Source: an uncultured Enterobacteriaceae bacterium (GTDB taxonomy: Bacteria > Desulfobacterota > Binatia > Bin18). From it: DNA of 64,000 nt. Every line of letters begins with the position of its first letter. Position 1 is the first letter of the stretch. The stretch covers positions 12,913 to 76,912 of the forward strand of contig CAYWPF010000006.1 of assembly GCA_964460065.1 (NCBI GenBank), given 5' to 3'. Both the position numbers and the translations under genes were made by a program. Shown one piece after another: positions 33,469-42,267 of the stretch. Below the pieces are notes generated by a model, which worked only from the letters and a program-made list of their open reading frames with translations, did no database searches and was not told the DNA's origin.

Positions 33469-34227
33469 CTACATATACATGCCGCCATTCACACCAAAAA
33501 CTTGTCCGGTTACATAGCTCGTCCTTGGGTCCGCTAAGAATGCCACTACATGAGCGACTTCGTCTGGTGTTCCTAGACGTCCTACCGGGATATGGCTGAG
33601 ATATCCTGTTTTCGCCTGCTCTGGCAAGGTCCTCGTCATCTCAGTATCGATAAAACCTGGCGCCACCGCGTTGACCGTAATGTCGCGGGAGGCGAGTTCT
33701 CGGGCCATCGTCTTTGTGAAACCTATAATCCCTGCCTTGGCAGAGGCATAAGCGGCTTGGCCACTATTGCCCATCAATGCCACAACAGAAGTAATATTTA
33801 TGATTCTTCCGAAACGTTGTCTCATCATAGGACGTGTGACAGCTTTCGTACATCGAAAGACACCGGTTAAATTAGTGTTGAGTACAGACTCCCATTCCTC
33901 TTCTTTCAGCCTAACCAGAAGAGTATCTACTGACATACCAGCATTATTCACGAGAATGTCTATTTTTTTCTGCTGGTCAAATATATGCTGAATTGCTTTG
34001 GCAACTAGATCCCCGTTAGAAACGTCGAACTGTATACTCTCTGCCATGCCACCTTCTGCCTTTATTTCGGAAACCACTTCCCGGGCAGATTCCTCGTTCC
34101 GAACATAATTCACCACCACATATGCTCCCTGTCTAGCCAGCCACCTTGAAACCGCTCGTCCTATTCCCCTTGAGCCCCCGGTAACCAATGCGACCCTGTC
34201 GGCGAGATTCGGCGCGGGATCCTTCAT
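33469..34227 (-). CDS. fabG: 3-oxoacyl-[ACP] reductase
   Basis: SDR with TGGSRGIG. Position in the FAS cluster. Confidence 0.88.
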   Translation of the reverse strand: MKDPAPNLADRVALVTGGSRGIGRAVSRWLARQGAYVVVNYVRNEESAREVVSEIKAEGGMAESIQFDVSNGDLVAKAIQHIFDQQKKIDILVNNAGMSVDTLLVRLKEEEWESVLNTNLTGVFRCTKAVTRPMMRQRFGRIINITSVVALMGNSGQAAYASAKAGIIGFTKTMARELASRDITVNAVAPGFIDTEMTRTLPEQAKTGYLSHIPVGRLGTPDEVAHVVAFLADPRTSYVTGQVFGVNGGMYM

Positions 34228-35165
34228 AAACCTAACGACTCCAGGCCCTTGCTGAGACTAGTTGGATCACCTATCGAAACACATAGAAATGTTTTGTCGA
34301 ATCTTTTGAACAGCCCAGTAAGTACTCGACCGGCGCCCAACTCTACCGCGCACTCACTACCCGATCTCAGCAGCGTCGCCATGCTCTCCTCCCATCTGAC
34401 CGGTGCCGTTACTTGACGGACGAGCAATTCCTTTACCTGGCCCGCCTGGTGGTTAGCACGAGCCGTTACATTTGACACAACGCCCATCTTCGGGTCATGC
34501 ACTCGAACGTTTTCCAGGGCGCGTGCCAAGCCATCGGCCGCCGGGCTCATGAGGGCACAGTGAAACGGCGCACTCACCTCCAACTCTATAGCACGTTTTG
34601 CCTTTTTCTCCTTGGCGGCCGATACTACCCTTCGAACTGCCACCCCGTGTCCCGCTATTACTATCTGACCTCCGCCGTTTAAATTAGCAACTGAAACAAT
34701 TTCGCCTTGTGCGGCTTCTTCGCAAAGCGAATTGACAACTTCTTCCGACACGCCGATGAGGGCCGCCATAGAACCAACCCCTTTGGGTACCGCCTGTTGC
34801 ATTAACTGTCCGCGCAAGCGAACCAGCCGCACAGCATCCGCAAAATCTAAGGCATCCGCACAGACCAACGCCGAATACTCACCCAAACTGTGGCCCGCAA
34901 CAACGCATGGCTCCATCGCCGTCTCTTGCTGCAAAACACGCAGGGTCGCGATACTATTGGTGACAATGGCCGGCTGCGCATTTTCCGTCAAAGTCAGGTC
35001 TTCCGTCGGTCCTTCGAAACACAACCTGGACAGTGAAAAGCCAAGTGCCTCGTCCGCCTCAGCGAACACTTCCGCGGCGACCGGAAAATTATCAACGAGA
35101 GAACTACCCATCCCAACTGCTTGCGAGCCTTGCCCGGGGAACAGGAGCGCGCAACCATTATTCAT
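34224..35165 (-). CDS. fabD: Malonyl-CoA:ACP transacylase
   Basis: LLFPGQGSQ and GHSLGE active-site motifs. Confidence 0.9.
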   Translation of the reverse strand: MNNGCALLFPGQGSQAVGMGSSLVDNFPVAAEVFAEADEALGFSLSRLCFEGPTEDLTLTENAQPAIVTNSIATLRVLQQETAMEPCVVAGHSLGEYSALVCADALDFADAVRLVRLRGQLMQQAVPKGVGSMAALIGVSEEVVNSLCEEAAQGEIVSVANLNGGGQIVIAGHGVAVRRVVSAAKEKKAKRAIELEVSAPFHCALMSPAADGLARALENVRVHDPKMGVVSNVTARANHQAGQVKELLVRQVTAPVRWEESMATLLRSGSECAVELGAGRVLTGLFKRFDKTFLCVSIGDPTSLSKGLESLGL

Positions 35166-36328
35166 CGCTTTCCCTCCGGGGCATCGGTTGTTGGGTCGTT
35201 CTCAGACACTTCAGATTTCGGGTCCGGATCGGATGGGGCGGCACCTTCTTTGCTCGGTCGGAACTTCTCTCGCAGTTGCGACCAAATCTTTCTACCGCGA
35301 CCACCATCCACCGATATTGCGGGCCGCTCAGGGAGCGCTTTTAAACTCTCCGTAATCTGTTGGTTAACCCCCCGCCGAAGTGACTCATCTGCGACTCTGA
35401 TCGCATTCTTGATCGCCTTAGGAGACGAAGCACCGTGCGCTATGATCGTGACGCCATCGGTTCCGAGAAGAGGAGCACCGCCGACTTCGTCGTAATCGAT
35501 CCGCTGGCGCAATTGAGAAAACGACCCTTTTAGGAGTAGAAAGGCAATTTTCCCTCGGATGCTGGAGGAAAACAGTGTTTTCAATTGGCCCTGGACGAAA
35601 TCATAGAAGCCCTCCATAGTCTTGAGCGCAACGTTCCCTGTAAAACCGTCGGTAACAACAACATCCACCTTTCCGTTATTTATGTCCCTCCCCTCCACGT
35701 AGCCTATGTAGTTCAGAGGCAAGCCCTTGAGGACCTCGTGCGCTGCTCGGGTAGTTTCGGTTCCCTTCGACTCTTCCTCGCCATTGCTCAACAACCCGAC
35801 CTTCGGGTTCCTAACACCGCGCACCATCCTCGCATAAACATCTCCCATAACACCAAACTGTATCAAATGGATCGGCTTCGCCTCCACATTTGCGCCCGCA
35901 TCAACTAAACATGTTCGGCCGGTGAGCGACGGCACCACCGTAAGAATCGCCGGTCTTTCGACGTCGGGCAAACATCCAAGCATCGTTACGGCAAGGCCGA
36001 AAGTAGCTCCAGAATTGCCTGCACTCACTACCGCTCCAGCGTGACCGTCTTTAACATGCGAGAAAGCAACTCTAAGAGAGGAGTCTCTTTTACGTCGCAG
36101 CGCAGCGACAGGCGAATCTCCCATTTCTATAACTTCGCTGGCGTGAACAATCGCCAATTGTGACGATTCCTTCTGCCCAGACCGAGAAAGCTCCTTACGG
36201 ATCTTTTTCTCATCACCCACGAGCACCACGGACACACCGAACTCTCTGGTAGCCTCAATAGCACCAGAAACGACGGATTTTGGGGCGAAATCCCCGCCCA
36301 TCGCATCTACTGCTATGCGCATATCCAC
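35162..36328 (-). CDS. plsX: Phosphate acyltransferase PlsX (with a roughly 45-aa acidic, Pro-rich C-terminal tail)
   Basis: RIAVDAMGGD N-terminus. Overlaps fabD by 4 nt. Confidence 0.9.
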   Translation of the reverse strand: MDMRIAVDAMGGDFAPKSVVSGAIEATREFGVSVVLVGDEKKIRKELSRSGQKESSQLAIVHASEVIEMGDSPVAALRRKRDSSLRVAFSHVKDGHAGAVVSAGNSGATFGLAVTMLGCLPDVERPAILTVVPSLTGRTCLVDAGANVEAKPIHLIQFGVMGDVYARMVRGVRNPKVGLLSNGEEESKGTETTRAAHEVLKGLPLNYIGYVEGRDINNGKVDVVVTDGFTGNVALKTMEGFYDFVQGQLKTLFSSSIRGKIAFLLLKGSFSQLRQRIDYDEVGGAPLLGTDGVTIIAHGASSPKAIKNAIRVADESLRRGVNQQITESLKALPERPAISVDGGRGRKIWSQLREKFRPSKEGAAPSDPDPKSEVSENDPTTDAPEGKR

Positions 36329-36393
36329 AAGCTCACACCTGCATTTCCTAAGCCCGCCATTATAGTCCCACAGAATCGGACGTCACCGGCGTC

Positions 36394-36579
36394 TCATTCA
36401 TCGTCCACCGTCTCAATGACCATCCGCCCCCTATAGTATCCACACGTTCCACACACGCGATGCGGCAGAACAGGGTCTCCACATTGAGAGCACGTCGACC
36501 ACTGAGTTGCAGTCAGACCATGGTGAGACCGGCGCTGGTTTCGTTTTGATTTAGATGTTTTTCGTTTTGGTACAGCCAT
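36394..36579 (-). CDS. rpmF: 50S ribosomal protein L32
   Basis: [19 protein letters not shown] plus a CxxC...CxxC zinc ribbon. Confidence 0.9.
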   Translation of the reverse strand: MAVPKRKTSKSKRNQRRSHHGLTATQWSTCSQCGDPVLPHRVCGTCGYYRGRMVIETVDDE

Positions 36580-36609
36580 AGCACTTTCCTTTTAGAAATC
36601 GCACGCGCC

Positions 36610-37200
36610 TTAGCCCGTGCGATTATCATCATGGGATTTTTTCGGTGCAGAGATTCTCAAGCCGGTGAGCGAGGCTAAAGGGAATAAGTGGTCGTTAATC
36701 GAGTCGGAGCGACAGTCACAAGTCGACGTGTTAAGGTTTTCCCCACACCGCTTGCATAGACCCTCACAGTCTGCCTTACACAACGGAAGAGTAGGAAGAG
36801 ACAACAGCAACTGCTCACTCACAAGCGACGAAACATTAATTGTTTCGCCGGTATAATAACTCGTAGATAAGTCCTCCTGTTGAAGTTCCAGCTCTCTAGA
36901 ATTGGGAATTTCGGTTTGCACCGGAAGCAGAGTACAAAAGAACGGTCGTTCGACAGTGATCGGGTATCGTTCCAAACAGCGGGAGCACTCTGCGTCTATC
37001 GTCCCGTCTAGGACCCCGTCAAATATGAGGTCGTTATCTGATCTCATATATCTAAGCAGGACTCGCAAAGGCGCAGCCAACGAGAAGTTACCGCTACACC
37101 CGCCGTGAACCTCTCGGAGAGCGTCATTTAATTCTTCTGGACTTTCCCTCAACTCCACCTCAGTAGAGGTGGCCAGAATGCTTTCGATCGAGATTTCCAC
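36610..37200 (-). CDS. YceD/DUF177 family protein
   Basis: C-terminal CxxC..CxxC motifs. Conserved position upstream of rpmF-plsX. Confidence 0.72.
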   Translation of the reverse strand: MEISIESILATSTEVELRESPEELNDALREVHGGCSGNFSLAAPLRVLLRYMRSDNDLIFDGVLDGTIDAECSRCLERYPITVERPFFCTLLPVQTEIPNSRELELQQEDLSTSYYTGETINVSSLVSEQLLLSLPTLPLCKADCEGLCKRCGENLNTSTCDCRSDSINDHLFPLASLTGLRISAPKKSHDDNRTG

Positions 37201-37334
37201 ACTTCACCTACCTGGGCCAGCACTTATATTATGAAAAACGGACAAATGCAACGCGACACGACGTCGCAAAAACCCTCTGAGTCGCTCATTTTTCTTAGAA
37301 CTCTGTTTGACAGCCCCCTCTTTTAGCTTTAGCA

Positions 37335-37589
37335 ATGGACGCCCTCTTAGTTTGTGCTCGGTTAACTACGCCTGTGGGAACATTACCTATGGAAGCCATT
37401 ATCCGCCTTATTGGCATTCTATTGATAACGCTTTGGTTCTACAGCCTTTGGATCTTGATGGCACTTTCAAGCCCCCGCCGCAGTTTCCGTGTTACGGGCC
37501 CCCACCTCACAGCAGGCGGAGTTATATTATTTTTGATCCTTTCAGCAGGAGCCTTCCTCTGCCTGAACCTAATTGAGACGGCCTACTAA
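37335..37589 (+). CDS. Hypothetical small membrane protein (two predicted TM helices), uncertain
   Basis: ORF only. Hydrophobic stretches but no recognisable homology. Lies between convergent and divergent operons. Confidence 0.25.
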   Translation: MDALLVCARLTTPVGTLPMEAIIRLIGILLITLWFYSLWILMALSSPRRSFRVTGPHLTAGGVILFLILSAGAFLCLNLIETAY

Positions 37590-37610
37590 TTCTGGGCCCT
37601 TTCACCCGAG

Positions 37611-38729
37611 CTAATCCAGTGTCTGATGCGCCACTAACTCGCGATTCCAGCGCCCGTCGCCGAAAGCTACCTCGGAGGCTTTCGCCCGTTTGAAATAGAT
37701 GTGCAAGTCATGCTCCCAAGTGAACCCGATACCGCCATGCACCTGTACTCCTTCGTTCGTCACTTCCCTGTAGGTGTCGCTACAATAGGCCTTAGCCATC
37801 GCAGCAGCCAAAGACGCCTGCGACGAGTCATTAGCCGAAGCCCAAGCCGCAAAATACGTTGCAGATTTGGCGTTTTCCACCTGGATCAGCATATTGGCAC
37901 ATTTGTGCTGGACCGCTTGGAAGGAACCAATGGGTCGACCGAATTGTTCTCGCATTTTCGCATAGTCGACCGTCATATCCAGTACCCGCTGGGCACCCCC
38001 GCACATCTCTCCACTCAGAGCAACTTTGCTTTTCTCTAGAATCCGAGCAACCGAATCACTATCACCGGGTTCTCCCAACAATGAGGCCCGCTCTACCTCA
38101 ACCGCTTCGAGCTTTAATTCAAATAGTTTACGAGTCGTATCCATCGTTTGCAGTGGTCGAACTTGAATACCTGCGGTATTACTATCGAGCAGGAACATAG
38201 CTATTCCACGGTCCGTCCTAGCCGCACACACGATAAAATCTGCCACATGGGCGTCTGGAACGAACAGCTTCAGCCCATTCAGTATATACTTGCCGCCGTC
38301 TCGCCTCGCACTCATGGCCACGCCGCGCTCGTCCCATCGAGCGCTAGCCTCGAGGAAAGCCAGTGTTAGTTTTATCTTGCCGTCCGCTACACCCGGTAAA
38401 ATTGTCTTTTTCTGCTCTTCGTTACCCAGTTCATCGATCGCCAGCCCCCCTAACACCACTGTAGAAAAGAAAGGTCCCGGCAGCATCACCTTACCCATCT
38501 CCTCGAGCACTACAACGAGTTCCACCATAGAAAGCCCCGCGCCCTGATATTGCTCGTGTACCATTAGTCCTGTCCATCCCAAATCCGCCATCTTTTGCCA
38601 AAGATTAGGAGAATACCCTAAATCTTCCCCCATCATTTGGCGAACGAAAGCCATAGAACACTCGCCACCTAAGAAGTCTGAGACAGACTGGCGCAGGAGG
38701 TCCTGATCTTTGGTAAACCCAAAATCCAT
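37611..38729 (-). CDS. Acyl-CoA dehydrogenase family protein
   Basis: Three-domain acyl-CoA dehydrogenase architecture with a C-terminal catalytic region. Confidence 0.85.
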   Translation of the reverse strand: MDFGFTKDQDLLRQSVSDFLGGECSMAFVRQMMGEDLGYSPNLWQKMADLGWTGLMVHEQYQGAGLSMVELVVVLEEMGKVMLPGPFFSTVVLGGLAIDELGNEEQKKTILPGVADGKIKLTLAFLEASARWDERGVAMSARRDGGKYILNGLKLFVPDAHVADFIVCAARTDRGIAMFLLDSNTAGIQVRPLQTMDTTRKLFELKLEAVEVERASLLGEPGDSDSVARILEKSKVALSGEMCGGAQRVLDMTVDYAKMREQFGRPIGSFQAVQHKCANMLIQVENAKSATYFAAWASANDSSQASLAAAMAKAYCSDTYREVTNEGVQVHGGIGFTWEHDLHIYFKRAKASEVAFGDGRWNRELVAHQTLD

Positions 38730-38811
38730 CTATTCCTCTTAGAATTAAAAAAGCCGGAGGACCGAGTAGCTCTCAGTCCTCCAAACGTACAAACAGGGCA
38801 ACCAGTGTTGA

Positions 38812-39957
38812 TTAACTGTTTCCTAGAATAGTCACACAACCAACCGACCCAGGGCCGCCCAAATTATGGGCCAGGCCAACTTCCGCACCCTTGACCTGAC
38901 GGTCCCCAGCCTTACCCCATAAATGCTGCGAGACCTCGTAAATCATACGTATGCCGGTTGCGCCGATAGGATGACCAAACGATTTTAGCCCCCCAGAAGG
39001 ATTTACGGGCACAGCTCCCCCGTCTATATCCGCCCGGCCCTCGGCAACATACCTCCACCCTTCGCCCTTCTTACACAGCCCCAAATCTTCATAATTCAAA
39101 ATTTCAGTGATAGTGAAGCAATCATGACACTCAACCAGGTCTATGTCTTTGGCAGTCATTCCCGCCTGCTCATAGGCCGAATCGGCGGCCTGTTCTGTAG
39201 CCGGAAAGCCCGTGTACTCGAAACTTGGTTTCATATAAGGCTCACCTGAAGTCACTGAGAGACCTATTCCTTTGACCTTTACTGCATCCGGACGGAACGA
39301 TTTGGCGAGCTCCTCTTTGCATATTATAACTGCCGCGGCCCCATCGGTGGTTGGGCAGCAATCAAGCAATCCTAACGGGCTACATATCAACGGCGCATTT
39401 ACAACCTGATCCTCAGAAACCTCCATCTGAAAATGTGCTTTGGGGCTCATCGTACCATTATGGTGATTCTTCATCGCTACTTTAGCTAAGGCAGTTTTAT
39501 CGATACCGTAACTCTCGAAGTAACGGTTTGCGGCCATGGCGAAGAGGGAGGGTGCAGTCGTCCCGTAGCCTACGACAGGGTGAGAACCAAACGTTCCCAG
39601 CCCGCGTTGACCAGAGTCGCGCAATTTCTCAAAGCCAAGCGCCAACACTACATCATACATTCCCGAAGCCACTGCCATACAGGCATTTCGGAAAGCGTCC
39701 ATCCCAGATGCACAATAATTTTCTACTCGTGTGATAGGAATATTGAATAACTTGAGTGGGTCCGCCAACGCATTCCCCGCGTTCGCCGATGTGAGAGTCC
39801 CCACCCAGGCGGCTTCAATTTGGCTCGGATCAATACCGGCGTCCGAGTATGCGTCGACCGCGGCCTCGACGATCATATCCTCCGCACTTTTCTCGTAATT
39901 TTCTCCGAACTTACTGCAACCCGCCCCAATGACCGAAACCTTATCTCGAATGTTCAT
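38812..39957 (-). CDS. Thiolase-like protein of the SCP-x / archaeal acetoacetyl-CoA thiolase type
   Basis: VIGAGCSKFG N-terminus, NYCASGMDA active-site Cys, and a C-terminal GHPIGATG motif. Confidence 0.8.
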   Translation of the reverse strand: MNIRDKVSVIGAGCSKFGENYEKSAEDMIVEAAVDAYSDAGIDPSQIEAAWVGTLTSANAGNALADPLKLFNIPITRVENYCASGMDAFRNACMAVASGMYDVVLALGFEKLRDSGQRGLGTFGSHPVVGYGTTAPSLFAMAANRYFESYGIDKTALAKVAMKNHHNGTMSPKAHFQMEVSEDQVVNAPLICSPLGLLDCCPTTDGAAAVIICKEELAKSFRPDAVKVKGIGLSVTSGEPYMKPSFEYTGFPATEQAADSAYEQAGMTAKDIDLVECHDCFTITEILNYEDLGLCKKGEGWRYVAEGRADIDGGAVPVNPSGGLKSFGHPIGATGIRMIYEVSQHLWGKAGDRQVKGAEVGLAHNLGGPGSVGCVTILGNS

Positions 39958-40011
39958 CGGTGTGTCTCCTTGTCACTCTTGTTCCGCTTAAAACTTCTCC
40001 ACAATTAAGCA

Positions 40012-41427
40012 CTATTCGACGGGCCTAGCCTTCCAAAAGTAATTCTTTATGCCGTATCCTTCATGGTACTTACGGAATGTTAGCTCAAGAGGCATTCCTA
40101 TCTCAACCCTACCTACCTCGCAATCCGTTAACTGAACGAAGACTCGTCCGCCACCCTCCAAATCGACGACGGCGTGTGTAGTCGGTGGATCCGGTGTATC
40201 GGTCAGGTAGTCGTTAGTAAATGTGAACAGTTTCCCTCGCCGCGACAACTTGACCTCCTCTAAGCCGTCTCTATGTCCACACTCGGTACAAATCCGATGA
40301 ACCGGAAACTGTACAACCCGGCAAGCGGGACATTTCCCCCCGTACAACGGTAAAATCTGTTTCTGGTCCCGGACAAGCACTACGGGAGTAGATTGGTCTT
40401 CGGTAGAGTAATCTTTCCGAATTAGTTTACGGAAGCGCGCGTATTTACCGTAAGACTCAATCGTGCGTTTCACCTCGATCTGGGAATAAACGCTTCGTAC
40501 GGCCTGATAACTGCTGATATTATCAGTCGCGCGGAAGATAGCCGCGTCACCGCCATCACCATACCCAGCAACAAGGAGCAAATCCCCAGGCCGGGCTCTC
40601 TCGAGTACCGCCGCAAGCAGCACCAGTGGCTGAGCAGTTCCGGCGTCGCCAATCGTATTCCAGAAGGTCTCTTGCACTTGCTCTTCGAAATCAAATCCCT
40701 GACTTCGCAAAGCACCACGGAGCGCCTTCTGACTGGGAGCAGCGATAGCAGCATTAGCAATGTCTTTGACTTCGAGGTTACACTCGGCAAGAATTCCCTT
40801 GACTGTGGCTGCGACGAATCGATTATAGCCGAATTTGTTCTCAAAACCGCCAGGAAAAGATTTCAAGTAATCTTGCTCTTCAGTACGCCAAGTACCTAGA
40901 AATTCCTCGCTAATTGTGAATGTACCTACAAGGTCCGCGATTACGTTTTGCGTTCCTACCACCACGGAAGCGCCTGCATCGCCATAGTTCTGCTCCTGTA
41001 GCGTGTCGGGTTCGCCCATCCTCGAATCCCCGGCACACACCAAGAGAATCTCTTGTTCCTTGACCAGATCAAGCGCAGTGAGAAGGGCCGAGGTGCCGGC
41101 CCGTAGGGAATCTGTAAAATCCATCGTCCGGAGTTCTTTTCTCGTATCTAACACAGTAGCAACGGTAGCGGCCGCCTGTTTCTCTCGGTAAGGGGATGTA
41201 GTCGACGCAAAAAAAACGCCAGACAGATTTTTGGGATTCATTTTGCCCAATGCGTCGACGCCGGCATTTGTAGCCAACGTCACACTATCCTCATCGAAAC
41301 TCGCTATTGCGCGCTCTCCGCCAAGGGAAGGGGAGCCCCACTCCTTAGCTATTACGTCTCGCGGTAGCCTGTAAGAGGGAACGTAAGATCCATACGACAC
41401 AATTCCTACCATAACTGAAACTCCCAC
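40012..41427 (-). CDS. HMG-CoA synthase-like condensing enzyme (archaeal type) fused to a C-terminal DUF35 domain (Zn-ribbon plus OB-fold)
   Basis: The N-terminal 350 aa resemble archaeal HMG-CoA synthase (VGIVSYGSYVPSYRL...IAKEWG). The C-terminal 120 aa carry CPACRVVQFP...CTECG and an OB-fold region. Confidence 0.72.
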   Translation of the reverse strand: MGVSVMVGIVSYGSYVPSYRLPRDVIAKEWGSPSLGGERAIASFDEDSVTLATNAGVDALGKMNPKNLSGVFFASTTSPYREKQAAATVATVLDTRKELRTMDFTDSLRAGTSALLTALDLVKEQEILLVCAGDSRMGEPDTLQEQNYGDAGASVVVGTQNVIADLVGTFTISEEFLGTWRTEEQDYLKSFPGGFENKFGYNRFVAATVKGILAECNLEVKDIANAAIAAPSQKALRGALRSQGFDFEEQVQETFWNTIGDAGTAQPLVLLAAVLERARPGDLLLVAGYGDGGDAAIFRATDNISSYQAVRSVYSQIEVKRTIESYGKYARFRKLIRKDYSTEDQSTPVVLVRDQKQILPLYGGKCPACRVVQFPVHRICTECGHRDGLEEVKLSRRGKLFTFTNDYLTDTPDPPTTHAVVDLEGGGRVFVQLTDCEVGRVEIGMPLELTFRKYHEGYGIKNYFWKARPVE

Positions 41428-41437
41428 CTCTCTCTTT

Positions 41438-42232
41438 TCAATTCAACGCGCTCTCCGGGATACCTGCACGGGTGGTGCAGCCGTCCACCTGCAGGTTACA
41501 ACCATTGACATACCCGGACGCCTTAGAAGCCAAAAAAACACATGGCCAAGCTACCTCCGACCCGCTTCCAAAGCGATTTAACGCGGTGGAACCTGCCGCT
41601 TTATCTTGAAGTTCCTTCGTCGGCCAGAGAACCTCCTTGACACCGGGGGTATCTATCGGTCCGGGCGATATACAATTTACACGAATTCCGTACGTTGCCC
41701 ACTCGATAGCGAGAGAGCGAGTCAGATTGATCACACCAGCTTTAGCCGCTCCGTAATGCGACATTGTCGCAGAGCCAAACACACCCGCATCCGAAGATAT
41801 ATTGATTATATTCCCGCCTGTCTTTTTCGCCATCATGACAGCCGCCGCGGCCTTAGAAAACAAAAACGTACCATTCAGATTAATATCAACAATTGCAGCG
41901 AACCCGTTTGCTGAAATCTCGTGCGCATGTGCCACAAAGTTAGCCCCGGCATTATTAATGAGAACGTCCAACCTACCCCATCTTTCGAGCGTCTGATTAA
42001 CAACCGCGTCAATTTGATCCGCCTTCCTCACGTCACAAACGGCAGTGTCCACCTGTCCGCCCTCCGCCTTGATTCCCTCCGCCACTGGGCCCAAATGGTC
42101 CATTGTCCGGCTGGTAATCATCACTTTCGACTTTCGCCGACAAAACTCGGACGCGATCTCAGCACCTATGCCAGTTCCGCCACCAGTAACAATGACAACT
42201 TTCCCCTCAACATCGAACGCGGTGTCATTCAT
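41438..42232 (-). CDS. SDR family oxidoreductase
   Basis: TGGGTGIG cofactor motif, NNAG, and a YGAAK catalytic dyad. Confidence 0.85.
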   Translation of the reverse strand: MNDTAFDVEGKVVIVTGGGTGIGAEIASEFCRRKSKVMITSRTMDHLGPVAEGIKAEGGQVDTAVCDVRKADQIDAVVNQTLERWGRLDVLINNAGANFVAHAHEISANGFAAIVDINLNGTFLFSKAAAAVMMAKKTGGNIINISSDAGVFGSATMSHYGAAKAGVINLTRSLAIEWATYGIRVNCISPGPIDTPGVKEVLWPTKELQDKAAGSTALNRFGSGSEVAWPCVFLASKASGYVNGCNLQVDGCTTRAGIPESALN

Positions 42233-42267
42233 TTAGATCCACTCCAGTTCAATCTTATTTGATTAAA

